DNA from: a virus
DNA: 64,000 nucleotides
Reading direction: 5' to 3' (one strand)
IMG/VR virus record: IMGVR_UViG_3300045988_105143
Location: 1-64,000 of that record
Shown: piece by piece, positions 1-9,900 of the stretch
Numbering within the stretch: the first letter of the stretch is position 1
Layout of the letters: each line of letters starts with the position of its first letter
Notes under the pieces: model-generated
Database searches by the model: none
Told to the model about the DNA's origin: nothing
Seen by the model: only the letters and a program-made list of their open reading frames with translations
Position numbers and translations under genes: made by a program

Positions 1-252
1 CTATTTAATAAAGTAGCATTTACATACCCAATATTCTTCACTTTAGCGGCGGCGTCATGGTCCTTGCCAGACGTATCTATATATGGATTCCGTGTTGATT
101 ATATGCTATCAGTACTATTTATGCTGATACCATTTGTATCTGAGGTATGTTCTATTGTTGAAAAACTCAATCAAATAGACGCAACAGCTTTTGTATGGTA
201 TCCTTCCCTAGTAAATTTTTTAAAATTTATAAAGGAGTTTATAAGACCATGA
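1..252 (+). CDS. holin-like membrane protein, 5' end cut by window edge
   Basis: Frame 1 is open from base 1 to TGA 250-252. Hydrophobic stretches (FTYPIFFTLAAASW, MLSVLFMLIPFV) are followed by SEVCSIVEKLNQI, which resembles the E-x-x-SI-x-E tail of Phage_holin_4-type holins. Motif recalled from memory only. Confidence 0.4.
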   Translation, partial: LFNKVAFTYPIFFTLAAASWSLPDVSIYGFRVDYMLSVLFMLIPFVSEVCSIVEKLNQIDATAFVWYPSLVNFLKFIKEFIRP

Positions 253-506
253 AACATATTCTTCAAATGCTTTTATACGAAAATGGTGGACTCAGCCTTA
301 CACGTGTAATCGCATTAACATTCGTATTGTTGTTTGTTTTTGTAACTGTATTCTTAGTATATTTTGACATGACGTGGGGACATTTCGAAACATTAGCCGC
401 AATGGCTACTGGTGGTGGACCAGCAACTCAAATCGCCAATAAATTTATTAACTCTAAATACAATTCTGAACAAGGTTCATATAGACAACGGGAGGGTGCT
501 GAATAA
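249..506 (+). CDS. small single-pass membrane protein
   Basis: ATG at 249 overlaps the upstream stop (ATGA), with AAAGGAG upstream. One clear TM segment (LTRVIALTFVLLFVFVTVFLVYF) and a polar tail. Confidence 0.5.
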   Translation: MKHILQMLLYENGGLSLTRVIALTFVLLFVFVTVFLVYFDMTWGHFETLAAMATGGGPATQIANKFINSKYNSEQGSYRQREGAE

Positions 507-1288
507 TGGAAATTAAACAATTACATCGGATACAGTCTAATATTATTACGGCACCTAAGAGCAAAGCAACCGTGTCGACTGGACTTAAAGGAGACAAAGG
601 TGAAAAGGGAGAGAAAGGTGATACGCCTAACCTCTCCTTTCACCTTGATAATAGTGGTAATCTTAGTGTCAATATTACTACAGGTGATAATACTACTGTT
701 ACAAATTTAGGTAATATTAAAGGACCTAAGGGTGATACAGGATTACAAGGTTCTAAAGGAGAACAGGGGCTAACAGGCGAACGAGGACCTAAAGGTGATA
801 CTGGTCCAAAAGGTGCTGACGGTAAAGATGGCTTGCAAGGTCCACAAGGGTTACGTGGTGAAACTGGTCCTCAAGGTCCACAAGGGTTAAGAGGTGCTGA
901 TGGAAGTGTTGGTCCGATAGGTCCTAAAGGTCCTCAAGGTGAACAAGGTTTAACACCTCAAATTGAATTTCAACTTGTAAATGGTAATTTATCTGTATCA
1001 ATTACAACTGGCAATGATACAAAGGTGAAAAACTTAGGCAATATACAAGGACCAAAAGGGGAGAAAGGTTTGCAAGGAGAACGTGGCATCCAAGGTACTA
1101 TTGGTCCAGCAGGTCCACAGGGACCACAGGGTGTTGCAGGTTTAAAAGGTGATACTGGACCTAAAGGAGACACAGGTCCATCTGTCGATGTATCGACTAT
1201 TCAAAACCAAATTAATACAAACCTCGAGACATCCTTACAACCAATTTTAGATGGCTTAAAACGCATACAAGAGGAGTTAAATAAATGA
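506..1288 (+). CDS. collagen-like repeat tail fibre protein
   Basis: Three runs of G-X-Y triplets (about 5, 26 and 15 triplets). An internally duplicated non-collagen module (LSFHLDNSGNLSVNITTGDNTTVTNLGNIKGPKGD / IEFQLVNGNLSVSITTGNDTKVKNLGNIQGPKGE). ATGA-type overlaps with both neighbours. Confidence 0.8.
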   Translation: MEIKQLHRIQSNIITAPKSKATVSTGLKGDKGEKGEKGDTPNLSFHLDNSGNLSVNITTGDNTTVTNLGNIKGPKGDTGLQGSKGEQGLTGERGPKGDTGPKGADGKDGLQGPQGLRGETGPQGPQGLRGADGSVGPIGPKGPQGEQGLTPQIEFQLVNGNLSVSITTGNDTKVKNLGNIQGPKGEKGLQGERGIQGTIGPAGPQGPQGVAGLKGDTGPKGDTGPSVDVSTIQNQINTNLETSLQPILDGLKRIQEELNK

Positions 1289-2232
1289 TTATTAATGATA
1301 TTAAAAAGGTGCTAGATAATATTGTGCAAAGTATTAAAGGTATTAAACTAGAAAATCAATCGCTCAATAATCTAATTAGCCAAATTAAACTCACTCTCAC
1401 CCAACATGGTGCCAGCTCTTCTGAAATAGAAAATACAAATATTTTAAATACAATATCTGCAAAATTGGATAATGCAGCTCTAGGTAATCCTGATGAGATT
1501 ATTAAAAAATATCTTAATTTTGAATTAGCAGTGGATATTACTCTGCCAGATAATGTTAATATCCCAGATAATTATCTGACAAGAGCATCTATTAAAACAT
1601 TAAGGTATAATGGTACTGAATTACCTTGGATAAATTTAGCAAGCAATGCATCTGTTGATACAGTTGATATGCCAAATCTGGTGACTATGCGTGCCCGTTT
1701 ATTAGAAAATGGTAAATGTAAAACATTAAAAGCACCCAACTTAAAACTATGTAGGGGTTTATTCCCATTCTCCAATGAGGCACCAGAAACTATCTATTTA
1801 CCTAATCTGGAGCAAATGGAATATAACGGACTGTATTATAACCAATCGACTAAATTTGTTATATTACCAAAAATTAAGAACTTATATGAAGATGCATTTT
1901 TAGCAATGACACGTGTTGAGCTAATTTATTTAGGTGGTAATTTACCAAAGGCTATTGGTACACGTGTTTCAAAAAACTATGTAGGAGAAACTAAGCCAGT
2001 ATACGTAGTAATTACAAATGCTAATCCACCTCCATTGTATGACGCAAATAATATTAGACAACACAACCAACGTAGCGATGATAGGAAAACATACTTTGTA
2101 GTCCCAGATAGTACTAAAGAGTCCTATAAATCAGCAACTGATTGGAGTATGCTAAGCGATTATATTATTGGAAGAAGCGAATTGCCTGCAAAATATGAAA
2201 CTATATTACAACAATATGGATTGGGGGTATAA
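1285..2232 (+). CDS. putative receptor-binding fibre protein with LRR/BspA-like repeats
   Basis: Periodic units of about 22-25 aa, each carrying xPNLxxh (DMPNLVTM, KAPNLKLC, YLPNLEQM, ILPKIKNL). Translationally coupled to the collagen-like gene. Its C-terminal part resembles the C-terminus of the 63077-63946 product. Confidence 0.45.
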   Translation: MIINDIKKVLDNIVQSIKGIKLENQSLNNLISQIKLTLTQHGASSSEIENTNILNTISAKLDNAALGNPDEIIKKYLNFELAVDITLPDNVNIPDNYLTRASIKTLRYNGTELPWINLASNASVDTVDMPNLVTMRARLLENGKCKTLKAPNLKLCRGLFPFSNEAPETIYLPNLEQMEYNGLYYNQSTKFVILPKIKNLYEDAFLAMTRVELIYLGGNLPKAIGTRVSKNYVGETKPVYVVITNANPPPLYDANNIRQHNQRSDDRKTYFVVPDSTKESYKSATDWSMLSDYIIGRSELPAKYETILQQYGLGV

Positions 2233-3735
2233 ATGGCTAAGAAAGTTGGTAAAACCCAAAAAATACAAACGGTAACTCTTGTGGATTTAACTGGCGGTAT
2301 GAACGTTGCTAAATCACCAGAGTTTCTAAAAGAAAACGAATGCGTTAATCTAGAAAATTTCGAATTCGACGTAGAAGGTGATAAACTACGTACTCGTAGA
2401 GGTTTAGGTAACCCATTATACACTTTTGATTCAGCTATTACTTATATATACAACGATTATGAAATGAATGATTTCTTTATTTTTTTAAAAAATAAGAAAA
2501 TCTACCGATATGAATTTGGTAAAACACCTCAATATATTGGGAATCTAAACGGAACAGCTGAAAGACCAACGTGCACTAAATTCGGTGGTAACCTACTTAT
2601 TGCCAGCGGTTCTAAGTTGCAGAAATATAATTATCAATCACTGGCTGAAATCTCACAATCTCCAGACGCAGACATTGTATTTGTTAGGTCTGGGCGTGTT
2701 GTAGTTTCAAAATCTGGTCAAGATTTACTAATATATTCCGCCATTGGTAACGATGAAGACTGGCATGAGAACTCCAATGATGATTCTGCACGTAAAGACG
2801 TAAATGTTGGTTATAAAGATGGTGGGGATATTGTTGGTGTGGCAGAACTCGCTACAGACCTATTAGTATTTAAAACTAATGGTCTAATATATACAGTACA
2901 AAATGAACCTAGCGACTGGAATATTATGTTACTAGGAAGTAAATCAGACTTTATATCACGGCATGCTTGCGCTAACTTAGGCAAAGACGTCGTATTCATG
3001 TCTACAACAGGATTAAAAAGCTATGCCACTTCAATGTCATATGCTAATTTTGAACCAAAAGATATTGGCGAAAAGTGCAATCCTTATATTAAGAGAAGAG
3101 TTGATAGTCCTGTAATTTCTGACCTACGTCGGACTAAACAATTAATAGTAAGCGGAGATAGTAGAAATACGGTATATGTATATCATTATGGGCTAAAAGC
3201 GTTCACAAAGTGGACATTTCAGCATAACATCACATCAATCTGTGAAAATAGATACCATACTTTAGTGTCAATGAATGAGTCTGATGCTGTTGGCAAAATC
3301 TATGAACTGTCCTGGAATAATAAAACTGACAATGGTCAAGTTATACATCAGGAAATTCTCAGCGGAGAAATTAGAGATACTCATGACATGAATGTATATA
3401 GAACATATATTGATGTATTATCTGATGTAAAAGGTACAGCCGATATTTCCGTTAATAAGGTAACAATGCACCACACATGGGAGCCTAGCGATGAAACCAA
3501 AGAGTTTAAAACTCAAATACGTGCCAACAAACTACAATTCAAATTTGAAACAGATACAAATATTATATTTAAGTTTGTATCATTTGATATTGTTATGGAA
3601 CGAGAATCTATGGTTTCACAAAATTCCGCATCTTCTGGTAAACGTAGAAGTGGATTTGGTGCAAAAAAACGGTCATCTCATGATGATTTCTTAAAGGGAC
3701 TTAATTCTTCTAGTAGTAGCCCATACGGCTCATAG
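2233..3735 (+). CDS. virion structural protein, function unknown
   Basis: 500-aa ORF abutting the previous stop (TAAATG), located in the structural block. No motif I can name. Confidence 0.6.
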   Translation: MAKKVGKTQKIQTVTLVDLTGGMNVAKSPEFLKENECVNLENFEFDVEGDKLRTRRGLGNPLYTFDSAITYIYNDYEMNDFFIFLKNKKIYRYEFGKTPQYIGNLNGTAERPTCTKFGGNLLIASGSKLQKYNYQSLAEISQSPDADIVFVRSGRVVVSKSGQDLLIYSAIGNDEDWHENSNDDSARKDVNVGYKDGGDIVGVAELATDLLVFKTNGLIYTVQNEPSDWNIMLLGSKSDFISRHACANLGKDVVFMSTTGLKSYATSMSYANFEPKDIGEKCNPYIKRRVDSPVISDLRRTKQLIVSGDSRNTVYVYHYGLKAFTKWTFQHNITSICENRYHTLVSMNESDAVGKIYELSWNNKTDNGQVIHQEILSGEIRDTHDMNVYRTYIDVLSDVKGTADISVNKVTMHHTWEPSDETKEFKTQIRANKLQFKFETDTNIIFKFVSFDIVMERESMVSQNSASSGKRRSGFGAKKRSSHDDFLKGLNSSSSSPYGS

Positions 3736-3743
3736 GAGGTTAT

Positions 3744-4097
3744 ATGGCAACTAACGAAGATATTATTAAATGGATACAAAAATACAATAAAAAAATGGGG
3801 AATTTCTGGGACGATTGGGACCTAGAATGGTACCCGTTTATTCATATATTTGAGGACGGCTCTTTCTTTACATATGGTGTATGTGGGGAGTATTTAGAGT
3901 GCGGTCCTGTAAGCATAAATTTCAATAAGGCTTTCCCCACAATGGAAGCCTATGCTAAAAGATTAGGGCTAAAGGGGGTATCAACAATTACCCCTCATAA
4001 CCCAAAAGCTTATGCCAGATTAACAAAAAGCACACTTAAAGAGAAAAAATTTTTAGGTGGACAATGGCAATATTACTTCGTAAGGGAGGTTAATTAA
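3744..4097 (+). CDS. hypothetical protein
   Basis: 117-aa ORF with GGAGG 6 nt upstream, tightly packed (its stop overlaps the next ATG). Confidence 0.6.
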   Translation: MATNEDIIKWIQKYNKKMGNFWDDWDLEWYPFIHIFEDGSFFTYGVCGEYLECGPVSINFNKAFPTMEAYAKRLGLKGVSTITPHNPKAYARLTKSTLKEKKFLGGQWQYYFVREVN

Positions 4098-5176
4098 TGG
4101 GCAAAAAAGGCGGTTCTAGTTATCATGAACGCCCTCTATCCGAAGAGGAAAAACAGCTTTTAAGACAGCAACAAATATATTTGTCTTCCATACAGCCTAG
4201 TATTGATAAGCTAGTATCACGTGGCACTCAACTGTTAGACAATGTAGTCAACCCAGACTGGCAATCAATTTATAATAGGACAATTAATGACCTAGACGGA
4301 ATCCGCAAAGAACAGTCAGAACTAGCAACAGGCAAATTACCACAAGCGTATGCTAATGCAAAAACAGACTACTTTAACCGTATCTACGAAAATACAATGG
4401 GTCAACAATTATCAGCTATGGCTAAAAAAGGTATAGTAGATAGCTCAAGATTTAATACTGCCACAAACGACATGCAGAAAAATATGGCGGCACAAATGTC
4501 GAAAGACTATACTGACGATATTAAAACACAAAGTGGTTTATTAGACCAAAAATATCAATTTGCACAAAATCCTATGGAATTAGCTCATAAAGCAAACAAA
4601 TATTCATTTGGTAATCCTGAGCAATATTTACAACTTGCACAGGGGCAAAACAAATCAAATACAGAGGCTATCCAATCTACTGGTCAACTTAACAACGGTC
4701 GTGGTTATGTAACCCAAAAAGGTTCTGGTTTCTTTGGTGGCTTGATGCAAGGTGTTGGTGCATACTTAGCATGTTTCCCTGCTGACGTTACTATTGAAAC
4801 TGATTACGGTTATATCCCTATCAATGAAGTTCAAGTTGATGATATTGTAGTGTCTAAAGATGGTATCGAGAAGGTATTAGAAGTTGTAGAGTGCGGTGAG
4901 CATGAAACTATGGTAGTAACGACAGACAATCACCAAGTCGAAACCACACATACTCAAACAGTCTGGACACGTGAAGGATTAAAAGCTATTGATGAGCTAG
5001 ACCTCGGTATGGAAATATTAACAGATAGTGGCTTTGAACATATCACAGGCTTTACAGGCGGTCGTATCGTGCCTGTTTATGAATTGATATGTACTGGCTC
5101 TAATTTATTCTATGCGAATGGTATCGTAGTAGAAGGTTTTAATGAGGAGGATTTAAATGCAGGTTATTCCTTATAA
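4097..5176 (+). CDS. virion protein with C-terminal Hint (intein-like) autoprocessing domain
   Basis: The N-terminal ~225 aa are Q/N-rich and helical. From Cys226 (codon 4772-4774): CFPADVTIETDYGYIPINEVQVDDIVVS ... TTDNHQVETTH ... VYELICTGSNLFYANGIVVEGFN. These match Hint blocks A, B and F/G. Confidence 0.65.
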   Translation: MGKKGGSSYHERPLSEEEKQLLRQQQIYLSSIQPSIDKLVSRGTQLLDNVVNPDWQSIYNRTINDLDGIRKEQSELATGKLPQAYANAKTDYFNRIYENTMGQQLSAMAKKGIVDSSRFNTATNDMQKNMAAQMSKDYTDDIKTQSGLLDQKYQFAQNPMELAHKANKYSFGNPEQYLQLAQGQNKSNTEAIQSTGQLNNGRGYVTQKGSGFFGGLMQGVGAYLACFPADVTIETDYGYIPINEVQVDDIVVSKDGIEKVLEVVECGEHETMVVTTDNHQVETTHTQTVWTREGLKAIDELDLGMEILTDSGFEHITGFTGGRIVPVYELICTGSNLFYANGIVVEGFNEEDLNAGYSL

Positions 5177-5582
5177 CCCACAGACTGACCCTTGGTACCA
5201 ATTTGGTAATGCATTGGCAAATGGTCTTGGGTTACTTGCTGACAATAGACTAGCCAGAGGGGAAGCTAAAAATATTAATAGCGAATTAGCATCTGACCAA
5301 GCAGGCAAAATGCAAGGTTTGTTTGACCAAGTACGTTCTATGGATTCTATTGGTCCAGATGATTCCAAAGCGTGGAATGAAGCTACTGCTAAATTAGGTT
5401 CTATGGGCTATAATGGACCGACTATTACAAGAGATAATAGAGCACAAATTCAAGATGGTCTATTAAAACAACAAGAATATTGGGGTAATTTTGATAGATT
5501 TAATCAAGGTAAGAGATTCCATGATAGTGAATATCAAGATTATAATAAATATAAATTAGGTATGCCAGGACTTTTAGGTTAG
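5157..5582 (+). CDS. hypothetical virion protein
   Basis: 141-aa ORF with GAGGAGG upstream, overlapping the end of the previous gene by 20 nt. Confidence 0.55.
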   Translation: MQVIPYNPQTDPWYQFGNALANGLGLLADNRLARGEAKNINSELASDQAGKMQGLFDQVRSMDSIGPDDSKAWNEATAKLGSMGYNGPTITRDNRAQIQDGLLKQQEYWGNFDRFNQGKRFHDSEYQDYNKYKLGMPGLLG

Positions 5583-5592
5583 GGGGGATATA

Positions 5593-6954
5593 ATGGACTG
5601 GTCACAATACGGTGATGTATCACCGAATGTACAGGATGCTATTATACAAGCCTCTAACGCTACTGGTGTAAGTCTGCCTTTGTTAGCTAGGATTGCAAAT
5701 CAAGAAAGCGGATTTAACCCATCAGCACAAAGTGAAGCTGGTGCTACTGGTTTATTTCAAACTATGCCAGAAACTGCTAGTGAGTTAGGCATCGAAGATA
5801 TGACAAACCCATACCAAAGTGCTATGGGTGGAGCCAAATATATCGCACAACAATTACAAAGATACGGTGGCAATCTAAATAAGGCTCTCGCCGCATATAA
5901 TGCTGGTCCTGGTAATGTAGATTCTTGGATTAGTAATGGTTGGGATGGTTCACCAGACTCAATACCTATTGACGAAACACGTAACTATGTGAAGAGTATA
6001 GGTGGTGGATTTGATAATTCTATCCAAGCGAATTATACTCAAGCCAATGGAAAGAACCCAATCAACCTACAAGCTATGTTTCAATTAGACGACCCAAATG
6101 AAAAAATTGATTTTGGTAAGGTTATGGGTATTTTAAACGCCCCACAACAAAACGTAGCCTCCGCTAGTGATGAAGCGTTACGTAGTGCCATAGCACGACA
6201 AGCAAGTCACACTGCTAGAGGTAGATGGGCTTCTCCATTTTATACTCAAAGTGACAAGCAATTAATGCAATCAGCTATTGCACAGGCACAAGAGCAAGCT
6301 AAAATGCAAAATAAAGCTACCCAATTAACTGGTGCAGGAGAACTTGCACAGATGATTGCTAATAGTAAAAACAGTTCTAATGCTGGTATGTTAGCAAGTT
6401 TAGGTGCAATGTTGGGTGTTAAATTAGACCCAATGGCTAACCGCTACATGAGTCAAAATGACATGGCGAAAATGGCAACAAGCTTTGCTAGGGAAGATAA
6501 AAAACTTGCAGACGAACGAGCTTTCAAAGCACAACAAGCAGAATTACAACGTGATTTTACTCGTGAGATGACAAACAACAAATTAGCTCAACAATTGGCT
6601 ATTGCAGAAGCTAGAGCTAGTGGTAAATCTGGCGGTTCTGGTAGTTCTACAGGTCTACTGTCAAGCGATAAATCAGTTGACAAAATTATAGAACCTATGT
6701 CTGGTCTGTTACAAGAATTATCAGACAAACCAGAGTTCTCACAAGGTGACGTTGATAGCTTAAATAGAGCGATGGAAGATGTAGCACTTAAATTATCATC
6801 TGCACAAGCTACCCCATATGCTCAACAAGTATTACGTCGTCAAATTAACGATTATGAATACGCTATCAGACATATGCAACAATCTGCATCTGGTAACAAA
6901 TTAGACTATTCAGTAAATCCAGACGTACAAAAAATGTTTGAAAAGAAGGAGTGA
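5593..6954 (+). CDS. virion-associated lytic transglycosylase (SLT domain)
   Basis: N-terminal SLT motifs: ANQESGFNP, GATGLFQTMPETA, AYNAGPGNV. The C-terminal half is a coiled-coil-like Q/A-rich region. Confidence 0.85.
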   Translation: MDWSQYGDVSPNVQDAIIQASNATGVSLPLLARIANQESGFNPSAQSEAGATGLFQTMPETASELGIEDMTNPYQSAMGGAKYIAQQLQRYGGNLNKALAAYNAGPGNVDSWISNGWDGSPDSIPIDETRNYVKSIGGGFDNSIQANYTQANGKNPINLQAMFQLDDPNEKIDFGKVMGILNAPQQNVASASDEALRSAIARQASHTARGRWASPFYTQSDKQLMQSAIAQAQEQAKMQNKATQLTGAGELAQMIANSKNSSNAGMLASLGAMLGVKLDPMANRYMSQNDMAKMATSFAREDKKLADERAFKAQQAELQRDFTREMTNNKLAQQLAIAEARASGKSGGSGSSTGLLSSDKSVDKIIEPMSGLLQELSDKPEFSQGDVDSLNRAMEDVALKLSSAQATPYAQQVLRRQINDYEYAIRHMQQSASGNKLDYSVNPDVQKMFEKKE

Positions 6955-6958
6955 TTAA

Positions 6959-9900
6959 ATGCCTACTTTAGGTCAACTATATGGTAACGACTATTTCCGT
7001 GTTGCCTATGGTCCTCAATATAACGCTTATAAATATAAGCAAGCATTAGACCAGTCAGGTTACATCCCAAATGAAAATGATGGGCTTATTGATAGCTTTC
7101 AATCTGGTTTTGCTGGGTCTATGGGTGGGCTATTCGGCGAAGTTGCTGGTTGGTCTAAGGAGAACGGTTACGACTGGGTAAATAATAATGCAACATGGGC
7201 GGCAAACAAAATGGGTGATATTGCCGCTCGTAATGCTTATACTGGGACTCAAGATAGCGATGGCATCATGTGGTATGGTGCTAACCAAGCCGCATCAGCT
7301 CTAGGTTCATCTGTACCTAGTATCGCCGCAGATGTAGCCGCTACAGCCGCTATGGATGCAGCTATTGGTACTGTTGTAGGTCCTGAAGGTACAGCCGCTG
7401 GTGCTATCGTAGGTGCGGTAAGTGGTGTAGGTAAAGGCTTATATAATTTATATAAAGGAACTCGTGCACTACAATACGCTGGTAAAGCCGCTAAAACGGC
7501 TGGTGCTATTGCCGCTGGTGGTCTCATCGAAAACGCATCTAACGCTGGTGATACATACATGACTGGTTTAAGTCGTGGTATGAGTCATGAAGATGCATGG
7601 AATGCTAGTAATGAAGCCTTAGATGAAGGTTGGGCTCCTGCTGTTATTAACTATGCATCTGACCGTGCTATGTTAGGACGTGGCATGAAAGGTATTTCTG
7701 GTGCTATGGCAGTTGGTGCTGGTGGTAAAGTATTAGCTAAAACTGCTGGGGCATGGGCTGGTAATGCTATGATTGGTGCCGCTGGTGAAGGTTTAACCGA
7801 AGCATGGCAAACACAAATTCAAGAACAAGCACTAGGTAATGAGGCATATGCTAATACACATATCTATGACCCATTCACATGGACTCAAGATATGAAAGAC
7901 CAAGCATACGATGCCGCTATCGGTTCAGCTATGCTAGGTGGTATTACTGGTGGAGTACAATCAGCACGTGGGTATTTAGCTAATAGAGCAAATACAAATG
8001 TCAATGCTGATACTGTAGATACAAACATTCAACCTCAAGTACAGCCACAAGAAGATATCCAATCCCAACCAGTTGTTGGTGAAATCGAAGATTTATCTGC
8101 TGTTGGAGCTATGCCAAACGACAGTATAGACTTAGGCAGTGTTACACCAGAAGCATTCGTACAACCAGAACGTGGGGACTTTGATAACGTATTTGAAACT
8201 ATGGGCAAACGATTTGCTCGTGGCAAATATACTAATGACGAAATCGACGCTAAAGCTCAAGCAGTTCAAGATACTGTAGCTCGTATTAATGACCTTTGGG
8301 ATAATCAAATTGACGAAAATAAAGCTCCAGCTACTCTTCGAGCTAACGACTTTATGGAAGATTTTGTAAATGCTGGTTTGACTCCTAAAGAAGCACATGA
8401 AGCTTCTAAAGAAACTGTTAAGGCATTACAAGCAAAATCTCCAAAACAAGATACATCTATACCTGGTTCTGAATTAATCAGACGTGCAGAATCCGTTGGA
8501 TTAAATCTAACAGACGCCCAAAAGAATGATTTACTATCTGAAAATCCTATTCGTTCAAACTATAATGCTGTAGCTGACGCTATAGAAGATAAGACTGTAG
8601 AAAATCAACGTAAAAATGCGGAATTAAATAGACGTAGAGCTGATACACGACGTCGTAATACATATTCTACTAGATATGATGATTCCATTAATAAACCTTT
8701 CCTAGATAAAACTCTAGGTAAGAAAAAATCAGAAGAAACTGGTTATCGTATTCACAATGCGATGAAACAACGTAAAGAGGATATTAAATCTGGTAAGAGA
8801 ACTAAGTCATTAGAAAAATACCTTGCTGACGCTGGTATTAATAATAATAACTACTCAAAAGAAGAAATGAATAATATTAAAGCTCATATTAAGTCCATTG
8901 ATGATGGTATTAGAAACCGTGGATACAATAAAGAAGAGCTTAAAAAACTTAGCAAAGAAAATGTAGACGTGCAGAAAGCTAACGCTACATACGCAGAAGC
9001 TACACGTAAATATGACGCTAAGGACCCTCGTAATTCTGCTAAAATCGAGCAAATTAATAATATGATTGCCGATAGTATTATAGACCAAGGTAAACGTGGT
9101 AAACCTATTTACCGTTACGATAAATATAAAGAATTTAAAAACAAAAACCGTAAATTATATAATCGTATCAATGAAGCTGTGTATGGGAATAAAAAAGAAG
9201 AACAAACTATTGCCAAACAAAATACCGAAGCTCCTAAAACTGTTAAGGTTCAATATATTAAACCAAAATATAAAAAAGGTAGTTTAAGCGATAAAATAGC
9301 TAAAAACCCAGATAAAGCTGAAGAAATTAAAGCTAAGGCTTTGTCTAAAATAGAGCCAACTATACAAAAAGAAAAGGCTGTAAAGGAAAAACCTACTGGA
9401 CCTATCCCATATGAAGATAGACATAAAGGGTTTAATAACCTAACAAATGAACAATTAGATGCTCGTAGAGCTGATAGAGAACAACGTGCTATTAAATTAA
9501 AATCGTTACAACTACAAAAGTCAGAAAGTACTGATACAGCGTCATCAAAATATCAAGGTCAACCAGCACCTAAGTTTAACAAAGATGGTTCTCGTGCTAA
9601 AGTAATTGAGCCAACTGAAACAGTAAAGCCTGTAGTAGAAGAGACTCAACATGCAGAACCTAAAACAGAAGTAAAACAAACTCCTGTAAAAAATACAAAA
9701 AAAGCAGAACCTAAAGAGGCTCAAAAATCTAGTAAGCAAGACGAAGTAAACGTACTTGCTAAAGCAGTTATGGTTGGAAAAATCAAACCTAAACAAGCCA
9801 GAGATATTCTAAATCAATTGTCTAAAGAAGCAACTGACAAAGAAAAAGAAAAATACCAAAAACTTAGTGAAAAAATTAAATATAACACTAATAATAAAGG

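Noticed and set aside
4097-5176. A bona fide splicing intein in the 359-aa virion protein
   Set aside because: The Hint domain is at the extreme C-terminus, with no C-extein and no terminal His-Asn plus nucleophile. Only autocleavage/BIL-type chemistry is plausible.
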